Assembly (NCBI GenBank): GCA_963677495.2
Contig: CAXXOU010000002.1
Span: 128,001 to 192,000 of the forward strand
Source of the DNA: Candidatus Cloacimonadales bacterium
GTDB lineage: Bacteria; Cloacimonadota; Cloacimonadia; Cloacimonadales; JAFGVF01
Length of the DNA: 64,000 nt
Direction of reading: 5' to 3'
The notes beneath the pieces were generated by a model. The model saw only the letters and a program-made list of their open reading frames with translations. It was not told where the DNA came from and ran no database searches. Both the position numbers and the translations under genes were made by a program. This document shows, piece by piece, positions 60,811 to 64,000 of the stretch (positions within the stretch are counted from its first letter, which is position 1; every line of letters starts with the position of its first letter).

Positions 60811-60893
60811 ACCACGGGTAAACCACGGGTAAACCACGGGTTGACCACGGCTCGCGTGGTTTGGGCGTGGTTTACCCGTGGTTCATTCGTGGT
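60811..60893. repeat. 11-bp-periodic palindromic repeat (CCACG/CGTGG core), copy 2
   Basis: CCACG at 60812/60823/60834/60845 and CGTGG at 60855/60866/60877/60888. Confidence 0.85.
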
Positions 60894-61006
60894 TAAACAC
60901 CTCTTTAGTACTTATCAGCTATCATTAAAAATCTATAGAACTAGTTCTGTTAAGTAGCAAAATACTAAAGTAAAACTACGGGATTAAAAGAGCAATCTCT
61001 ATAAAC

Positions 61007-61035
61007 AAAAAAATCCCGACCTAGGTCGGGAAAAA
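61007..61035 (-). terminator. Intrinsic terminator downstream of tRNA-Phe
   Basis: TCCCGACCTAGGTCGGGA palindrome flanked by A/T tracts. Confidence 0.75.
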
Positions 61036-61037
61036 GA

Positions 61038-61113
61038 TGGTGGCGAGACCCAGAGTTGAACTGGGGACACAAGGCTTTTCAGGCCTCTGCTCTACCTGCT
61101 GAGCTATCTCGCC
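61038..61113 (-). tRNA. tRNA-Phe (anticodon GAA)
   Basis: Reverse complement GGCGAGATAGCTCAGCAGGTAGAGCAGAGGCCTGAAAAGCCTTGTGTCCCCAGTTCAACTCTGGGTCTCGCCACCA. Confidence 0.96.
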
Positions 61114-61221
61114 CTGTCGTTGAACAGTGATTGGAATAAATTTCAGGTCGCTATAATTGTCAAGCAAAAATGGACAATTATTTTCATTTGGTTAATAACT
61201 GTTAAAATATCAGTAAGTTGG

Positions 61222-61629
61222 CTATGTCTTTGCCCGTTGCTTCGTGATGTAATAGACGATAATACTACCAAGAACAATCACATTTATGATAATTGCGAAG
61301 AAGAAAACAAGGACAGGATGAAAGAACATAGTATAGACGAAATCCCTGAATCTAGCCGAAGATTGCTTTCGACTGGAAGTCCAAGCCTTTCTGTTTGACT
61401 CAAGAATCTCAGGGTCGAAACTAGCCTGATCAGTTGTAAAACTAGATGTGTAAGGACTAGTTTCTTTAAGCATAGGTTCGTTTAAATCTTTTTCATTACT
61501 CTCTATGAGTAAAGTATAGGTTAACCAGACTAACCCAATAGCAATCACAAACAAAGCAATACCATGAGCAACTTTTCGGATGGAATCTTCTCTGATTAAT
61601 AGGATAAGCTTTTTTAGTAATTCTCTCAT
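61222..61629 (-). CDS. Hypothetical membrane protein (2 TM)
   Basis: Two hydrophobic helices; starts 4 nt after the upstream stop. Confidence 0.6.
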   Translation of the reverse strand: MRELLKKLILLIREDSIRKVAHGIALFVIAIGLVWLTYTLLIESNEKDLNEPMLKETSPYTSSFTTDQASFDPEILESNRKAWTSSRKQSSARFRDFVYTMFFHPVLVFFFAIIINVIVLGSIIVYYITKQRAKT

Positions 61630-61633
61630 AATG

Positions 61634-63082
61634 TTATCTTAATGATACTTTAATACCAACTCCTATATTCAATGGTTCCTCTTCATAATTAGAATATTTA
61701 GAAGAGCCAGTGTTGATTAAATGTTCGCTTTCCAAATAAACTGAAATCTCTTTCTTAAATCGATACTCAATATAACACTTTAAATCATACATCGGATCAA
61801 GCTTCACGTTTTGATGGCTGTATCGATTACTCTTATATTCAAATAGAGTATTAAAAAGAAATTTGTCAATATTTATATCTAATGACGTATTATTCTCATA
61901 CTCACTAAGATATGGAATCTTTGTATAATCTACAGAACCTTGATAATTGAGAGTGTTATAATCAAAATAGTTAAAGATAGTTTGATTTGAGAGTTTAAAT
62001 CTCTTAGATTTATAGCTTATAGCAAGAGATAAGCCGGTTAGATTGACATCTTCATACCTAAATCCAGTATAATCATTGGGGTTAATATAGCCGTAGTTGA
62101 CAATATATTTATGGAAGAGACTGATATTTAGGGGAAGAATCTGACTATTCCCATATACTAATGAAGCATTAACAGGTTGATACTCTGATTTCATGTCTGA
62201 AGCTATATCTAAATAATGATATGACTCTAAATCCTCACTAAAACTGTTTACTTTAACATTAGGACGATTACGAAATGACAATATGCCAAGTTTATTGTCA
62301 AATAATGGTAACTGCCAACCTAATGTTGGAACTAGGAGCTCATTATCACCCTGAATCCAAAATGAAAGCTTCATATCGCTTATTGAGAAATGATCCGCTA
62401 GACTGTATCTTATGTAATCATCTTTGCTTATCAGATTTAAACGAAGCTCTTGGGTTGGAGATAAGTTATATGAAGTGATGAGTTCGCTAGACATAAGTGT
62501 TTCTTTATCACCATCATCATACTCATCAAAAAAGGCACTTACGTATAACTCATTGAAACTAGAAACTTTGGATAGCTGATTTAAGTCAGCAGTTAGCTTG
62601 ACTCCTGAAAGTGTTATATCATTTCTAAGTTCATATGACTGGTTATAGAGATTGATACCAAAAGAATTATCTCTAATAGCAGGAAACCAGCCAAACTGCA
62701 TTGAAGAAATCTTCCAGTCATCAGCATAATCTTTAAAATCATAAAGAGCAGAGAAGCTTAACAATGATCTCTCAAAATCTTTATAAGCAGTTCTGAAATG
62801 GATTTTACTAGCTGAACCGATCTCTAACTCAGAATATGATTTGTGCTGTAAGAGAGAATCTTCTATAGCATTGAACTCATTTACGGGAGCGAAATACTTA
62901 TATCTGGTCTCTAAAGGGTGCTCAATTAACTCATACTCACTGATATCTCGATTGACTAGATGAAAATCAGCTGATTTGTTATCATCTCCCTCAATCTTGA
63001 CATCCTGCAGATTAAGGTCTCCTGCTTGCGCAAAGATTGAAAGGCATAGGGCTAGCAGGATTATTAGAAATGAAGCTCTCAT
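61634..63082 (-). CDS. Probable outer-membrane beta-barrel protein
   Basis: Signal peptide, alternating aromatic strands and C-terminal LNIGVGIKVSLR. Coupled to the upstream TPR gene. Confidence 0.6.
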   Translation of the reverse strand: MRASFLIILLALCLSIFAQAGDLNLQDVKIEGDDNKSADFHLVNRDISEYELIEHPLETRYKYFAPVNEFNAIEDSLLQHKSYSELEIGSASKIHFRTAYKDFERSLLSFSALYDFKDYADDWKISSMQFGWFPAIRDNSFGINLYNQSYELRNDITLSGVKLTADLNQLSKVSSFNELYVSAFFDEYDDGDKETLMSSELITSYNLSPTQELRLNLISKDDYIRYSLADHFSISDMKLSFWIQGDNELLVPTLGWQLPLFDNKLGILSFRNRPNVKVNSFSEDLESYHYLDIASDMKSEYQPVNASLVYGNSQILPLNISLFHKYIVNYGYINPNDYTGFRYEDVNLTGLSLAISYKSKRFKLSNQTIFNYFDYNTLNYQGSVDYTKIPYLSEYENNTSLDINIDKFLFNTLFEYKSNRYSHQNVKLDPMYDLKCYIEYRFKKEISVYLESEHLINTGSSKYSNYEEEPLNIGVGIKVSLR

Positions 63083-64000
63083 CTATTTCAACAACCTTTC
63101 GATCTTCTTTCTTTTATCTTTGGTAAGCTCATTCTTTATAACCTTAAACAGTTTTTGTGCCTGTTGCTTCTTACCTGCTTTGATATAGCATATACAAGTA
63201 GAGTATTCTGCATCTAAGACAGTATCTTTAAATTCAGGATAGATATATTTCACTCGTAATAATTCAGGTATCGCATCAGCATATTTCTTCTGAACTAGAA
63301 GTGATTTACCTTTTAAGTATTGAGCAGTAGCTCGTATTTGTTTGTTGTCATGCTTCAGAAGTTGCTCTAGCTCTTTTGAAACAGTTGATACTTTATTCTT
63401 ATCTATGTAGTACTCAACATACTCCAGTTTAGCTTCAGCATAATCTTTTGATGTACCTGAAGATATTACATTAGTGTAATCTGATAAGAAATCAGGATTA
63501 TTACTCAATCTGGAGATTCTCAGCAATCTAATAGCGGAAGAATACTCAGGGTTATCATTCTGTATTGCCCGAAGACTTGTTAAGGCTAATACGGTATCTC
63601 CTTTTGCAATATAAATATCTGCAAGATGGAAATTAACTTTCGATGGTTCAAGTTTCTTCAAGGTTTTTGTGAACAAGTTTTCAGCTTTATCGAAATCTTC
63701 ATTATGCTTCAAAGCTTCAGCATAGAGAATGACAAGCTCATCATCTTCACCGTAGTATTTTAGCTTTTCTACGATTTTATCTCCTGTCTTGACAGCATCT
63801 TTATAAATCTTTCTTTCCATTTCCCATTTCAACTGAATTGCTAACAATCTTTTGTTCTCATCTTTATCCTTATTGTTAGTGATCATCTTATGTAAATCAC
63901 CACGATAGTCACGTTGAGAATCTCGTACCATATTCCAGTAGAGTCCATCAATGACTAACTGAGTATTCTTTTTCAAATTATGCTCTAATAACAAGTAGGC
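63083..64000 (-). CDS. Tetratricopeptide-repeat protein (5' part outside window)
   Basis: TPR-like helices such as AQYLKGKSLLVQKKYADAIPELLRVKYIYP. The frame extends to the window edge. Confidence 0.8.
   Translation of the reverse strand, partial: AYLLLEHNLKKNTQLVIDGLYWNMVRDSQRDYRGDLHKMITNNKDKDENKRLLAIQLKWEMERKIYKDAVKTGDKIVEKLKYYGEDDELVILYAEALKHNEDFDKAENLFTKTLKKLEPSKVNFHLADIYIAKGDTVLALTSLRAIQNDNPEYSSAIRLLRISRLSNNPDFLSDYTNVISSGTSKDYAEAKLEYVEYYIDKNKVSTVSKELEQLLKHDNKQIRATAQYLKGKSLLVQKKYADAIPELLRVKYIYPEFKDTVLDAEYSTCICYIKAGKKQQAQKLFKVIKNELTKDKRKKIERLLK

Overview
AT-rich bacterial chromosomal window from an anaerobic Gram-negative organism. The many secreted proteins ending in a YPNP-containing T9SS type A/FlgD-like sorting domain, the TPR-sigma54 activators and the [FeFe]-hydrogenase maturases suggest Cloacimonadota or a related FCB lineage (inference). 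It carries housekeeping genes (glmM, hisC, suhB-family IMPase, murB, DnaQ-DinG, TrmH, MscS, hflX, hydG, hydE, PHP/EndoQ), tRNA-Lys(CTT) and tRNA-Phe(GAA), an Avs2-like STAND anti-phage gene, complete IS3- and IS21-family elements, and a six-rhodanese lipoprotein. The most unusual signal is non-coding. (1) A RAYT-type HUH tyrosine transposase gene lies inside a head-to-tail array of nine 119-bp units, each a gene-less miniature of the element's two ends. (2) A second array of 194-bp GTAG/GTAC-REP doublets is present. (3) Several intergenic palindromes are built from different short cores repeated with an exact 11-bp period. (4) Three ~144-bp hairpin elements share related ends but have different interiors. 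The 47.7-53.3 kb stretch has many frameshifts that look like sequencing or consensus errors.
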